Shown here: one piece after another, positions 12,131 through 24,449 of the stretch
Layout: each line of letters begins with the position of its first letter
Position numbering within the stretch: the first letter of the stretch is position 1
Origin: Scyliorhinus canicula
Taxonomy: Eukaryota
Assembly (NCBI RefSeq): GCF_902713615.1
Contig: NC_052151.1
Coordinates: 33,220,429-33,284,428 of the forward strand
Length of the DNA stretch: 64,000 nucleotides
Reading direction: 5' to 3'
Position numbers and translations under genes: made by a program
The notes under the pieces: generated by a model
The model's database searches: none
What the model was told of the DNA's origin: nothing
The model's input: the letters and a program-made list of their open reading frames with translations, nothing else

Positions 12131-14481
12131 ACACAATGGTGCATCATTATTATGTTGCTTGCCGATGAACAATTGCTCACTAATTCTCGGTTAACTGTCT
12201 CCTCTAAATTGGCCTCCAGTGCTTCTCAGGAATTTGCTGTACACAACAGAACAAGCTGAATGGCAGCAGATTTCCTTGATGCTGAGGAGGTTTACGGGAC
12301 TAAATGATGCACAAGGGACCGAGGCACAGGATCCGGAGGCAAATGGCGACCATATCGCTACCCACCTCAATTTCCACCACTTTAAGATCCAATCAGGGCC
12401 CGGTCAGATCTGTCCTCCCAGTGGGGTCTACACTGGGATTGAGGTGCAGGAATAACTTGTATATATGGAAATAAATGCAGTTACGTTCATGACAGTTTCC
12501 TTTGGAGTTATTACATAGAATATTCATAAAGCAACAGAAAATGAGAGGGAACATCACAGTTAATGAATTAATTGTATTAAGCCATTTAAATTTCAATGTG
12601 AATGTAATCCAGCTTTCACTAAGTAACACGTGCGTTCCCTGGACAAGAGTCTGGCTGCTGCTCCCTCGGCGACAACATGTCATTTGTGTCAGTGGAGCTG
12701 TTGATGATCAGTGTTGTTAGCAGTGGAATCTGCCAGGTAAGCAACAAAGCAAACTCTATAATTCATGCTATTAACACACTATCATTCCAATCTCCACCTC
12801 CCTCCCACTGGAATTTTTGTTGTTGCAATATTCCAAGAGTGAGGTCAGTGGAAATGTGTTGGATGGTTCCGCAGGTTAGAGAAATGCCAAATGTGGTGGA
12901 ATGTATTGTTGTAGCAGACTGGATGGAACGCCGGATTGACAGGGCAAAATTGGGACATGGGTGAAACCCGCATTGCAGCCAATCCCTCCAGTTTCTCAAT
13001 AAGTTATCAAACAGTTTGTGACATTTCCTGGTGTTGGGTCTTTTAAAGAAGCCAAAGATAATATGGTGTTGGTGACAATGAGTTGATGTCATTGGACTTC
13101 TGAGCCAAAGGCTCAAACTAGAAATCCTGAGAATAATCCCAACGCCTGCGTGGAAATTTGAATTCAATCATTTAACAAAACTCTGAAAGACCAATGTCAG
13201 GTAAAAGGCTTGTCTTAAAAATCCCCGGCTGTTCACCCCTGTGTCCTAGAAGAACGTCCTTACTTGTGTCGGCCTACATGTGACTCACCAGCATGGCTGT
13301 TTCTTTGGTGAGACAGCCTTAAAAATCACTCTGTTGTTCCAAAGTCATTTAAGCATTGTAGTGATAACCTAAAGCTGAGGACAGATGATAAACGGGATTT
13401 AAAGTACATTCTTGAAGGTGCTACGTTGATATATGGATCCTATCCAAGCCCGAGCTGCTCAGTGCTGTGCATTGTGACCCTGTTTCAGAACACAGCAAGA
13501 GGTAAATAGCTGCATGTGACAGTAATGTTTCATGACTGCTTGTAGGAGGGCCCGGCCAAGGTGGAAAAAAAACCCTCCTATTTTCCATTGTGAAACTGGA
13601 TGTTTTTGCGCAGAGACATGTTTTCACAGCTGGGTGATTGGTATTCCAGGCACACAAGCCTATCTCCTCACAGGACAAGCATGGTAATCAGTCATTTGGG
13701 GCTAAACACTGCCTATATTCAGCTGCTCAAGTGGATTTGCTCAGAACAGTCTTTTTCGCTTTTCGCTATTCGGTTTGCAGGACAGCAGACCAGCATTCAT
13801 TGCCCATCCCGGATTGCCCTTGAGAAGGCGGTGGTGAGCTGCCTTTGTGAACCGCTGCATCGGCGCTGGACATGGTAGCTGGTCAGTGTGAGGGGATCAA
13901 ATTTATGTGGGGGGCACGTACATCATTCCAGATTCCTTTCCTGGCACCTGTCTGCCCCACACAGCTGGGAAGTTTGGTCTCTGCCCTTCCACAGATGGGT
14001 TTTCCCTGGTTCCATTTGGTCAACCCAACCTTGGCTCCCCTAGCTGTAAGTCCGCCGATTTGGGCTTCAAAATCATTTGGAGACTGAGACTGCCATGGTT
14101 CATTGATGAGGAGCTTGAGACTTGTATGTATAAACACGTACTGTTTATTGTTAGTCTTTAACTATTTACAAATTCCAGGTTACTGGCATGCATGATTGCG
14201 CATGCGAACATATGAAAATGCATGTTCTCTCCAGATTGTTCTCCGCACCTATTACCATGTGACTCTGCCCATTATACTATGGGCGGTGCTGTTCTCCAGT
14301 CCCATGTCAAGTACCTCAACATTAAAATGGCGTGCAGACAAATAACATTAACATCTCACATCTGGAAATAAACCTCACTCTGGCTGAACGCAGCCAGGCA
14401 ACCAGGGACCCCATGCCTTGGCAGTGCTCATGCCTTCTTCCATCTGTAATGACCACATTTACTTCATTAAGGTGGGGGCGG

Positions 14482-14512
<31 letters not shown>

Positions 14513-15214
14513 TGGCGGGAGGTTTATTTGGAAACTTCCAGAAATAGTTGAGGCCTAGCACAAACGGGTCTGATCTATTTTCCAGAAGGTTCCTCCGGTC
14601 TCCCACTGGAATATGTAGATTTTTTTTCTCAAGCCAACATCCTGAGCAAAAAAACATACAAATTATAATTAGTTTGACACATTTAGTAGAATATTGAATG
14701 TTATTGAACGCAGCGGCTATCACTCAATATTATAGACTGGTGGGGGGGGCTTCCATTGAGAGGGCCAGAAATGATATAACTTAATAAAATATCAAATTAG
14801 CTTACATCTTTCCTTTCCCATTTTTCATCTCTGCAGAAATTAGTATCGCTAAAAGAAAGATCCTTCTTAAATAATACATTTCAATTTTGAGATTTAATTT
14901 TGAATTCATTTTCCATGTATGAATAACAGCGCAGTCCTCCCAGAATTTTCTTTTTTTTAAGTTAACCCATTTTCTGCCGGTTTTTTTTCTTTGTGATCTC
15001 CTCCAGGTGCACAAAACTACCAGGAAATGGGATAGGAACAGCTCAGTAGCAAAGGAATGGAGGACAAAATTGTCAAACTGCCTTTATCCATTCAACTATT
15101 GAAAAAAATTTTTTTTTGAATCTAATCTGATGTGAGTGTAAGAATGGGGCAGGAGTCGGCCATAGGCCTCTTCATGTCTGTGCCATGCCATTTAATAGGA
15201 TCGTGGCTGATCTT

Positions 15215-15393
15215 GAAATTAAATGAAATTAAAATCGCTTATTGTCACAAGTAGGCTTCAATGAAGTTATTGTGAAAAGCCCCTAGTCGCCACATTCCGG
15301 TGCTGTTCGGGGAGGCTGGTACAGGAATTGAACCCGTTGGTCTTGTTCTGCTTAACAAGCCCATTGTTTAGCCCACTGTGCTAAACCGGCCCC
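15215..15393 (-). mobile_element. SINE with tRNA-Ile-like head and Rex-type tail
   Basis: Homologous to 22356-22550. Confidence 0.8.
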
Positions 15394-15419
15394 TACTTGG
15401 ACCTCAGCTGCACTTTCCT

Positions 15420-15641
15420 TTTTTAAAAATAAATTTAGAGTACCCAATTCACTTTCTCCAATTAAGGGCCCTTTAGCGTGGCCAATCCACCTAGCCTGCA
15501 CATCTTTGGGTTGTGGTGGCGAAACCCACGCAAACTTCGGGGAGAATGTGCAAACTCCACAGTGACCCAGAGCCGGGATCGAACTTGGGACCTCGGCAAC
15601 GTGAGGTAACAGGGCTAACCCACTGCGCCACCGTGCTGCCC
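15420..15641 (-). mobile_element. Short poly(A)-tailed V-SINE with 14-15-bp TSD
   Basis: CAGCTGCACTTTCCT at 15405-15419 and 15641-15655; same family as 2802-3028. Confidence 0.9.
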
Positions 15642-15747
15642 AGCTGCACTTTCCTGTCTGATCCCCCATATCCCTACGTACAGTTCAAAAATCTACTGAG
15701 TGCGATCCTGGAGATGCTCAGCGATTGAGCAGCCACAACTCTCTGGC

Positions 15748-15942
15748 ATAAGCATTAGGAGTAGGAGTAGGCCACTCGGCCCCTCAAGCCTGCACCACCA
15801 TTCAACAAGATCATGCCTGATCTGATTGTAACCTCAGCTCCACGTTCCTGCCCGACCCCGACAACCTTTCGCCCCCTTGTTAATCAAGAATCTATCGAGC
15901 TCTGCCTTATAAAAATATTCCAAGACATTGCTTCCGACGCCT
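15748..15942 (-). mobile_element. CR1 3'-end fragment
   Basis: GGCCACTCGGCCCCTCAAGCCTG...AATCAAGAATCTATC, similar to other CR1 ends. Confidence 0.65.
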
Positions 15943-16771
15943 ACGTTTAACGGGGAGAGCGGCAATGTCCATAACGATTACAGTGGGGTTCCAGGGTAAC
16001 AGGGGGAGGCTGGAGAATGATCAGAGGGAGGTCTACTTGCTGATCTCAGGGTTCCAGAATGATCAGAGGGGCGTCCATGGCGACAAGGGGGAGGTTGGAA
16101 GCTGGTCTCAAAGTAAAACTGCAGCCCGATGGAGTGACACACTTAAAAAAGACCCTGAGAGAAAAATTGCAAGGGGAGGGGTCAGAAGCCATGTGGGCGG
16201 GGTTGATGGATGTGTTTAAGGGCCCATAATTTTTGCACATGAGAGAATAGGGATCTGTGCTCAGCAGTCATTAGGACTTATTGAAAAGGTAGTGAAACAG
16301 GAACCTTAATCGTGGTGCACTGTGACACGATTACACACTAAGGTTTGGGGGTCACGTTTCAGTTGGTGCCATTGAGCCTGTTGCCATCAGAGGAATATGA
16401 GAAGGGAGGAGTGATCACACCATTAAGGGGGTATAGAGGCAGTATATATATGGTCTATGAGACCCTCCAAATTGCATTGTGGAATAGACGTGGCTTCCAA
16501 GGCACAAGGCTTCCACAAATTCCGAAAATGCAGGGCAGGTGTGAATCCAAGTCCAAATGTAACAGCCTGTCAGTGCCTTGTATCAAAAGCTGTGCTCGAG
16601 CCTCTCCAACCCTATTTGCAATTGTGCTGTCATATTGCTGAAGGGGATCAATACTTGAGTTAGCGCCTGGGAAAGATGTGTATCTAATGAGCACAGCCCA
16701 AGGAGTTCTCACTGGATTTCAGCCTTGGAGTGGGAGGGTTTTTCTTTGCAGGGTAAGCTGTCCTCAGGAAG

Positions 16772-17960
16772 AACATAGAACATAGAACGATACAGTGCAG
16801 TACAGGCCCTTCGGCCCACGATGTTGCACCGACATGGGAAGTCAAAAACTAAAGGCCATCTAACCTACACTATGCCATTATCATCCATATGCTTATCCAA
16901 TAAACTTTTAAATGCCCTCAATGTTGGCGAGTTCACTACTGTTGCAGGTAGGGCATTCCACGGCCTCACCACTCTTTGCGTAAAAAACCTACCTCTGACC
17001 TCTGTCCTATATCTATTACCCCTCAATTTAAGGCTATGTCCCCTCGTGCTAGCCACCTCCATCCGCGGGAGAAGGCTCTCACTGTCTACCCTATCTAACC
17101 CTCTGATCATTTTGTATGCCTCTATTAAGTAACCTCTTAACCTTCTTCTCTCTAACGAAAACAACCTCAAGTCCATCAGCCTTTCCTCATAAGATTTTCC
17201 CTCCATACCAGGCAACATCCTGGTAAATCTCCTCTGCACCCGTTCCAAAGCTTCCACATCCTTCCTATAATGAGGCGACCAGAACTGTACGCAATACTCC
17301 AAATGCGGCCGTACTAGAGTTTTGTACAGCTGTAACATGACCTCATGGCTCCGGAACTCAATCCCTCTACCAATAAAGGCCAACACACCATAGGCCTTCT
17401 TCACAACCCTATCAACCTGGGTGGCAACTTTCAGGGATCTATGTACATGGACACCGAGATCCCTCTGCTCATCCACACTACCAAGAATTTTACCATTAGC
17501 CAAATATTCCGCATTCCTGTTATTCTTTTCAAAGTGAATCACCTCACACTTCTCCACATTAAACTCCATTTGCCTACTCTCAGCTCAGCTCTGCAGCTTA
17601 TCTATGTCCCTCTGTAACCTGCAACATCCTTCCGCACTGTCTACAACTCCACCGACTTTAGTGTCGTCTGCAAATTTACTCACCCAACCTTCTGCGCCCT
17701 CCTCTAGGTCATTTATTAAAAATGACAAACAGCAACGGCCCCAGAACAGATCCTTGTGGTACGCCACTCGTAACTGAACTCCATTCTGAACATTTCCCAT
17801 CAACCACCACCCTCTGTCTTCTTTCAACTAGCCAATTTCTGATCCACATCTCTAAATCACCCTCAATCCCCAGCCTCCGTATTTTCTGCAATAGCCGACT
17901 GTGGGGAAACTTATCAAACGCTTTACTGAAATCCATATACACCACATCAGCTGCTCTACC
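16772..17960 (-). mobile_element. Young 5'-truncated CR1 LINE
   Basis: RT motifs (FADD, YCVQFWSP); (TTCTATG)n tail; nearly identical to 36547-37927. Confidence 0.95.
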
Positions 17961-18068
17961 CCCGTAGAAGATGGAGTGCAGAGTGTAGGCTGCAGGCAGA
18001 GCTGCCTTCTCCAGAATAAGGTGAATAGCTGCCGGGTGCCACCTGGCAGATCTTCGAGAAGAGCCTCA

Positions 18069-18796
18069 GCCTGAGGTGCCTGGTCAGGTGGGGCCCATGG
18101 AGGACCCAGAGCCTGAGGTGCCTGGCCTGGTGGGGCCATGGAGGACCCAGAGCCTGAGGTGCCTGGTCAGGTGGGGCCCATGGAGGACCCAGAGCCTGAG
18201 GTGCCTGGCCTGGTGGGGCCCATGGAGGACCCAGAGCCTGAGGTGCCTGGTCAGGTGGGGCCCATGGAGGACCCAGAGCCTGAGGTGCCTGGTCTGGTGG
18301 GGCCATGGAGGACCCAGAGCCTGAGGTGCCTGGTCAGGTGGGGCCCATGGAGGACCCAGAGCCTGAGGTGCCTGGTCAGGTGGGGCCCATGGAGGACCCA
18401 GAGCCTGAGGTGCCTGGTCTGGTGGGGCCCATGGAGGACCCAGAGCCTGAGGTGCCTGGTCTGGTGGGGCCCATGGAGGACCCAGAGCCTGAGGTGCCTG
18501 GCCTGGTGGGGCCCATGGAGGACCCAGAGCCTGAGGTGCCTGGTCAGGTGGGGCCCATGGAGGACCCAGAGCCTGAGGTGCCTGGCCTGGTGGGGCCCAT
18601 GGAGGACCCAGAGCCTGAGGTGCCTGGTCTGGTGGGGCCCATGGAGGACCCAGAGCCTGAGGTGCCTGGTCTGGTGGGGCCCATGGAGGACCCAGAGCCT
18701 GAGGTGCCTGGTCTGGTGGGGCCCATGGAGGACCCAGAGCCTGAGGTGCCTGGTCTGGTGGGGCCCATGGAGGACCCAGAGCCTGAGGTGCCTGGC
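18069..18796. repeat. 42-bp minisatellite, about 17 copies
   Basis: Unit GCCTGAGGTGCCTGG(T/C)C(A/T)GGTGGGGCCCATGGAGGACCCAGA; two units are 41 bp. Confidence 0.97.
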
Positions 18797-18807
18797 ACAT
18801 TTTGGAT

Positions 18808-20017
18808 TAGACCATAAGACATAGGAGCAGAAATAGGCCACTTGGCCCTTCGAATCAGCTCCGCCATTCAATCATGGCTGATATGTTTCTCATTCCCATT
18901 CTCCTGCCTTCTCCCCATAACCCCTGATCCCCTTATTAATCAAGAACCTATCTATCTCTGTCTTAAAGACACTCAGTGATTTGGCCTCCATAGCCTTCTG
19001 CGGCAAAGAGTTTCACAGATTCACCACCCTCTGGCTGAAGAAATTCCTCCTCATCTCAGTTTTAAAGGATCGTCCCTTTAGTCTGAGATTGTGTCATCTG
19101 GTTCTAGTTTTTCCTACAAGTGGAAACATCCTCTCCACGTCCACTCTATCCAGGCCTCGCTGTATACTGTAAGTTTAAATAAGATCCCCTCTCATCCTTC
19201 TAAACTCCAACGAGTACAGACCCAGAGGCCTCAATTGTTCCTCATACGACAAGCTTTTCATTCCAATATCATTCTTGTGAACCTCCTCTGGACCCTTTCC
19301 AAGGCCAGCACATCCTTCCATAGTTACAGGCCCAAAACTGATCACAATACTCCAAATGGGGTCTGACCAGAGCCTCAGAGATACATCCCTGGTCTTGTAT
19401 TCTAGCCTTCTCGACATAAATGTCAACATTGCATTTGCCTTCCTAACTGTCGACTGAACATGCACGTTAACCTTAAGAGAATTGTGAACAAGGACTCCCA
19501 AGTCCCTTTGTGCTTCTGATTTCCTAAGCATCTCCCCATTTAGAAAATAATCTATGCCTCTATTTCTCCTTCTAAAGTGCATAACCTCACACTTTTCCAC
19601 ATTGTATTCCATCTGCCACTTCATTGCCCACTCTCCTAGCCTGTCCAAGTCCTTCTGCAGCTCCCAGCTGCTTCACCAATACTACCTGTCCCTCTACAGA
19701 TCTTTGTATCATCTGCAAACTTAGCAACAGTGCCTACAGTTCCTTCCTCCAGATCATTAATGTATATTGTGAAAAATTGTGGCCCCAGCACTAACCCCTG
19801 AGGCACACCACTAGTTGCTGACTGCCATGCTGAAAAAGACCCCTTTATCCCCACTCTCTGCTTTCTGCCAGTCAGCCAATCCTCTATCCATGCCAGGATC
19901 TTACCCTTAACACCATGGGCTCTTAACATATTTAGCAGGCTCCCAACTTCTAACTTGTCTAACTTCCTTGTTACTTCCTCAAAGAACTCTAACAGATTTG
20001 TCAGACATGACCTCCCT
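18808..20017 (-). mobile_element. CR1 LINE fragment, same family as 3846-5171
   Basis: CCATAAGACATAGG tail; RT peptides GVPQG..GP and KFADDTK; several frameshifts. Confidence 0.93.
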
Positions 20018-20181
20018 GAGGTCCCGCCTCAGAACATTCCCCGATGAGGTCAGTGCCTTCCCGAGTGAACCTTCTTCATTCTGGTTGGTCGGAAGCTAGG
20101 GCAGGTATGACCTCTCCCAGGATGCACTGTGGGCATCCCTAAAGCGTTAATTTCTTCTCCTGAGAGTTATTTAATGTTAGG

Positions 20182-21511
20182 AAGCAGTGGTTAGGTCATC
20201 CCTTGTAGGAGATGGTCATTGCCGGGCATTTGTGTGGCACAAATGTAATTTGCCACTTGTCAACCCAAGTCTGGCTATTATCCAGACCTCACTGCATTTA
20301 CACATGAACTGCTTCAGTGTCTGAGGAGTGGCGAATGATGCTGAGCATTGTGCAATCCTTAGTGAATATCCCCACATCTGGCCTTGCATTGGAAGGACAT
20401 TGATGAAGCAGCTGAAGATGGTTGGGCTGAGCACACTACCCTGAGGAACTCCTGCAGTGATGTCCGGGGACTAATAACGACAACCATCTTCCTTTGTGCC
20501 AGGTATGACTTCAGCAACGGAGAGTTTTCCCACTGATTCTCATTAACTCCAATTTTGCTTGAACTCCATGGGCTGGATTCCCCGATTTTCAGGCTGCATC
20601 CTGACGCCGGCACGGGAGCGATGGCCTTTTATGACCGAAAATTCAGCGCAAATGGTCACCGATCCTCCGTTTGGCTGGGGGCTAGCATGCCGGCAGCATA
20701 GAGCACCCGGCTCTAGCTGCCAATATGGCCGGAGAATTGGCGGGTCTGTGGCCACGCATGCGCACATGGCGCCAACCGCGCACGGACCAGGCCTGCCAAA
20801 TAGTGTCCCCCTCCTTTTGGCCGGCTCGCGACCCCCTGGATTACCCCCCGACAGTGCCCCCAGCCCCTGCCAAAGCCCCACCTGCTGGTGTATCGGCCCT
20901 CCCCCGACTGTGGCGGCCCTGACTCAGTCCGCAGCCACTACGCCAAGTTCCCAACAAGTAATACCATGGGAGACCGACGCCGTCGGGAACTCGGCCAGTT
21001 GGGGCTGAGCATCAGGGGGAGGGCCTCAGGCAACGTCCTGAGGCCGTCGATACGGTGTGTGGTGGATTGCTACAGTACGCTGCTTTGGAGGGAGATAAGC
21101 ATCGCGAAAGCAGCGCCGTCCCCGATTTCGGCGCAAATTTTGATTCTCCGGCCGATTGCCAAACCTGATTTTGGCATCGCAGACTGGAGAATCCCGCCCC
21201 TTGATGCCATACTCGATCAAATGCTGCCTTGATGTGAAGGGCAGTCACTCTCACCTCACCTCTGGCATTCAGCTCTATTGTCCATGTTTGAACCAAGGCT
21301 GTAATGAGGTCAGGAGCTGAGTGACCCTGGCGGAACCCAAACTGAGCATCCGTGAGCAGGTTAATGCTGAGTAAGTGCTGCTTGATAGCACTGTTAATGA
21401 CTCCTTCCATCACTTTTCTAATGATGGAGAGTAGACTGACAAGGTGGTAATTGGCTTGATTCGATTTGTCCTGTTTCTTGTGTAAAGGTCACAACTGGGC
21501 AATTTTCCACA
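20182..21511 (-). mobile_element. CR1-like LINE RT fragment (second family), interrupted by a MITE
   Basis: QFGFRQGHSAPDL..IKAAFDRVWHQG; homologous to 22075-23358. Confidence 0.85.
20570..21199. mobile_element. GC-rich PIF/Harbinger-type MITE
   Basis: TIRs GGGCTGGATTCCCC / GGAGAATCCCGCCC; 3-bp flanks CAT/CTT; host LINE sequence resumes after it. Confidence 0.85.
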
Positions 21512-21652
21512 TCTTGCATGTCTCATTCACCTGAGGAAGGATCAGTGCTATGAAAGCTAGTGTTTGAAACAAACATGTTGGACTTTAACCTGGTGTTGTA
21601 AGACTTCTTACTGTACTCACCCCAGTCCAACGCTGGCATCTCCACATCATGG
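21512..21652 (+). mobile_element. Penelope-like element terminal-repeat fragment
   Basis: CACCTGAGGAAGG...GAAAGCTAGTG...TGTTGGACTTTAACCTGGTGTTGT...AGTCCAAC, resembling vertebrate PLE ends as I recall them. Confidence 0.7.
21528..21562 (+). ncRNA. Minimal type I hammerhead ribozyme motif (stem II degenerate)
   Basis: CAC-CTGAGGA-(AGGATCAGTGCTAT)-GAAA-GCTA-GTG: CUGANGA and GAAA boxes, stem I CAC/GTG, palindromic AGCT. Confidence 0.6.
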
Positions 21653-22074
21653 CTCCTTCATGATGCTCGTGAAAACCTAACTCTTTGATCAAGATTTAGT
21701 CATCTGGCCTCATATCTCCTTATGTAGCTCAGTGTCAAATTGTGTTTAATTACTTCCGGAAAAGTGGGGTCGACACAAGGCGTAACAGTTCGTTCTTAGC
21801 TTGCAACCAAGGTAGGATTTTCAAATATGCTCCCCTGAACTTCCTAACCATGACCAAATATGCTCCTCCTAACTATACATTCAAAATCTGCTGGCTCAGC
21901 GAGACCCTGACAATCCCTGTCCTCAAATTACAGCCACAACATCCCAGACGCAGGTTCTTCCTCCACCCCTTTGACCACTGCTCTCCTTAGCCCCACTTCT
22001 TCGGCAACCTCGAGGTCCTGAGGATGGCTTGCTTCAATGGGTTCTGCAATGACAATAAGCAGAATGGTGACTGC

Positions 22075-23358
22075 CCTAGCTAAACTGGAGTCAATGGGAA
22101 TCAGGGGGAAAACTCTCCGTTGGTTGGAGTCATACCTGTCACAAAGGAAGATGGTTGAGGTGGTTGGAGGTCAATCATCTCAGCTCCAGGATATCACTGC
22201 AGGAGTTCAGGGTAGTGTCTTAGGCCCAACCATCTTCAGCTGCTTCATTAATGACCTCCCTTCCATCAGAAGGTCAGAAGCGGGGATATTTGCGGATGAC
22301 TGCATCAATGTTCACCATCGTACATGACTCCTCAGATAATGAAGCAGTCTATATCAAAATGAAATGAAAAAAAAAAATGAAAATCGCTTATTGTCACGAG
22401 TAGGCTTCAATGAAGTTACTGTGAAAAGCCCCTAGTCGCCACATTCCGGCGCCTGTCCGGGGAGGCTGGTACGGGAATCGAACCGTGCTGCTGGCCTGCT
22501 TGGTCTGCTTTAAAAGCCAGCGATTTAGCCTTGTGAGCTAAACCAGCCCCTAATGCAGCAAGACCTGGACAATATTCAGGCTTGGGTTGACAAGTGGCAA
22601 GTTATATTCGCGCCACACAAGTGCCAGCCAATGACCATCTCCTACAAGAGAGAATCTAACCATCTGAATGCCCCCTGACATTCAATGGCATTACCATCGC
22701 TGAATCCTCCACAATCAACATCCTGGGGGTTACCATTGATCAGAAACTGAACTGGACTAACCACATTAATACTGTGGCTGCCAGGGAAGGTCAAAGGCTA
22801 GGAATCCTATGGTGAATAACTCACTTCCTGACCCCCCAAAAGCCTGTCCGCCAGCTGTAAGGCACAAGTCAGGGGTGTGATGGAATACTCTCCACTTGCC
22901 TGGATGAGTTTAGCTCCAACAACACTCAAGAAGCTCAACACCATCCAGGAGAAAGCAGCTCACTTGATTGCTCCCTCTTCCACAAACATTCAAACCCTCC
23001 ACCACCGATGACAGTGGCAGCCGTGTGTACCGTCTACAAGATTCACTGGCGGAACGCACCAAGGTTCGTTAGACAGCACCTTCCAAACCCACAACCAAAT
23101 ACCTGGGAACTCCACCACCTGGAGGTTCCCCTCCAAGTAACGTAACGCCCTGACGAGGAAACATATCACAGTTCCTTCATTGTTGCTGTGGAAAAATCCT
23201 GGAAACTCCTTCCTAACAGCACAGTAGGTGTACCTATACCTCAGGAACTGCAGCGGTTCAAGAAGACAACTAGTAATCACATTCTGAAGGTCAACTAAGC
23301 ATGGGCACTAAATTCTGGCCTAACCAGCGATGCCCACATCCTGTAAATTAATTTTTAA
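22075..23358 (+). mobile_element. CR1-like LINE, 5'-truncated, with a SINE insertion
   Basis: QGSVLGP..FINDLP..FADDC; 3' end CTGGCCTAACCAGCGATGCCCACATCC. Confidence 0.88.
22356..22550 (-). mobile_element. Young SINE with tRNA-Ile-like head and Rex-type tail
   Basis: GGGGCTGGTTTAGCTCAC...GGTTCGATTCCCGTACCAGCC head; (TTTCA)n end; nearly identical to 56575-56759. Confidence 0.9.
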
Positions 23359-23359
23359 A

Positions 23360-23725
23360 CAAGTCCTAAAGGGGCTTGACAGGATGAACGCTGAGAGACT
23401 GGATTGGACGGGGAATGTAAAACACAGGGGGCACAGTCACTAGATAAGTGGCTGATCATTTAGGACTGAGAAGAAGGAAAATATGAAGCGAAATTAGTTC
23501 ACACTAGCCTTGTGAACCTTTCCCCACAGAATGTTATGCATGTTCCATGATTGAATACATTTGAGGCTGGGACAAACAGATTTATAGTTTCTCAAAGAAT
23601 CAAAGCGATATCGGGGTGGGGAGCAAGAAAGTGAAGTGGAAACCCATGATCAACTGTGATCATATTGAATGGGGGAGCAGTCTCGACGGCCACGGGGTGT
23701 ACGCCTGCTTCTAGTTTTTGTGTTC
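23360..23725 (+). mobile_element. Degenerate CR1 3' fragment
   Basis: AAGGGGCTTGACAGG...TTTAGGACTGAG...GATCATATTGAATGG. Confidence 0.6.
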
Positions 23726-23806
23726 ATGTCTGTCTCCAACAGACACCAAGTACAAGAACTAAGAACAAACATTTCCTTTTCACTGATGACCATTGTTACT
23801 AATATG

Positions 23807-24426
23807 GGCCGGGGTTCTCCGATCCCGCGCCAGGTCGGAGAATCGCCGGGGGTGGGGGGGGGGGGAGAATCGCGCCACGCCGCTCTGACGCCGGGCCGCT
23901 GATCTCTGGCGACCGTTGAAAGCGACCCCCCCCCCCCCAACTTCCCGGCGATTCTCCGCACTCGACGGGCCGAGTGCCCGCCGATTTCTGCCACGTCCCG
24001 CCGGCGTGGGTTCCGTATGGTCCGACCCGGCGGAACCTCGGGGTTCTGGCTGCGGGGGCTGTCCTGGTTGGAGGCGGGGTGATCCAATTCCGGGGGGGGC
24101 CTCCATGGCCAGACCCGCGATCGGGGCCTACCAATCAGCAGGCAGGCTAATTTCGGGGGGGTGGGCCGATGTTCCTCAGCGCCGGGCCCATGTAGGGCTC
24201 CGCCATATTTCCCAGGGGCCGGAATGGAGCCAGCAACCCACGCGCATGCGCGATCCTGCAAGGGCTGTGTTGCGGCGGCTTTCGAGCGCACAGCACTCTA
24301 CCGCCATTCTAGCCCCCTAGGAAGGGGTGAATGCCTGGGCCTGGAGGCCCGTTGACTCCGGCATCGCTCGCGCCAGGTTTTGACACCGGCGTCAACACTG
24401 GGCCGGGATTTCGTAGAATCCCAGCC
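23807..24426. mobile_element. GC-rich PIF/Harbinger-type MITE
   Basis: TIRs GGCCGGGGTTCT / AGAATCCCAGCC; exact 3-bp TSD ATG. Confidence 0.88.
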
Positions 24427-24449
24427 ATGAAGCTTTTAAGATTACGTTT

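Noticed and set aside
11679-14321. Further LTR-like stretches (11679-11875, 14091-14321; also 33352-34110 and 38396-38640)
   Set aside because: Composition is LTR-like, but I could not find matching TG...CA termini with a TSD.
18069-18796. CRISPR-like array or repeat-protein gene
   Set aside because: No unique spacers and no cas genes; 41-bp units break the frame; no credible gene context.
20182-23358. Twin-priming inversion of a single CR1-like LINE
   Set aside because: The two oppositely oriented pieces overlap by several hundred bases of consensus and are separated by unrelated DNA, so two insertions are more likely.
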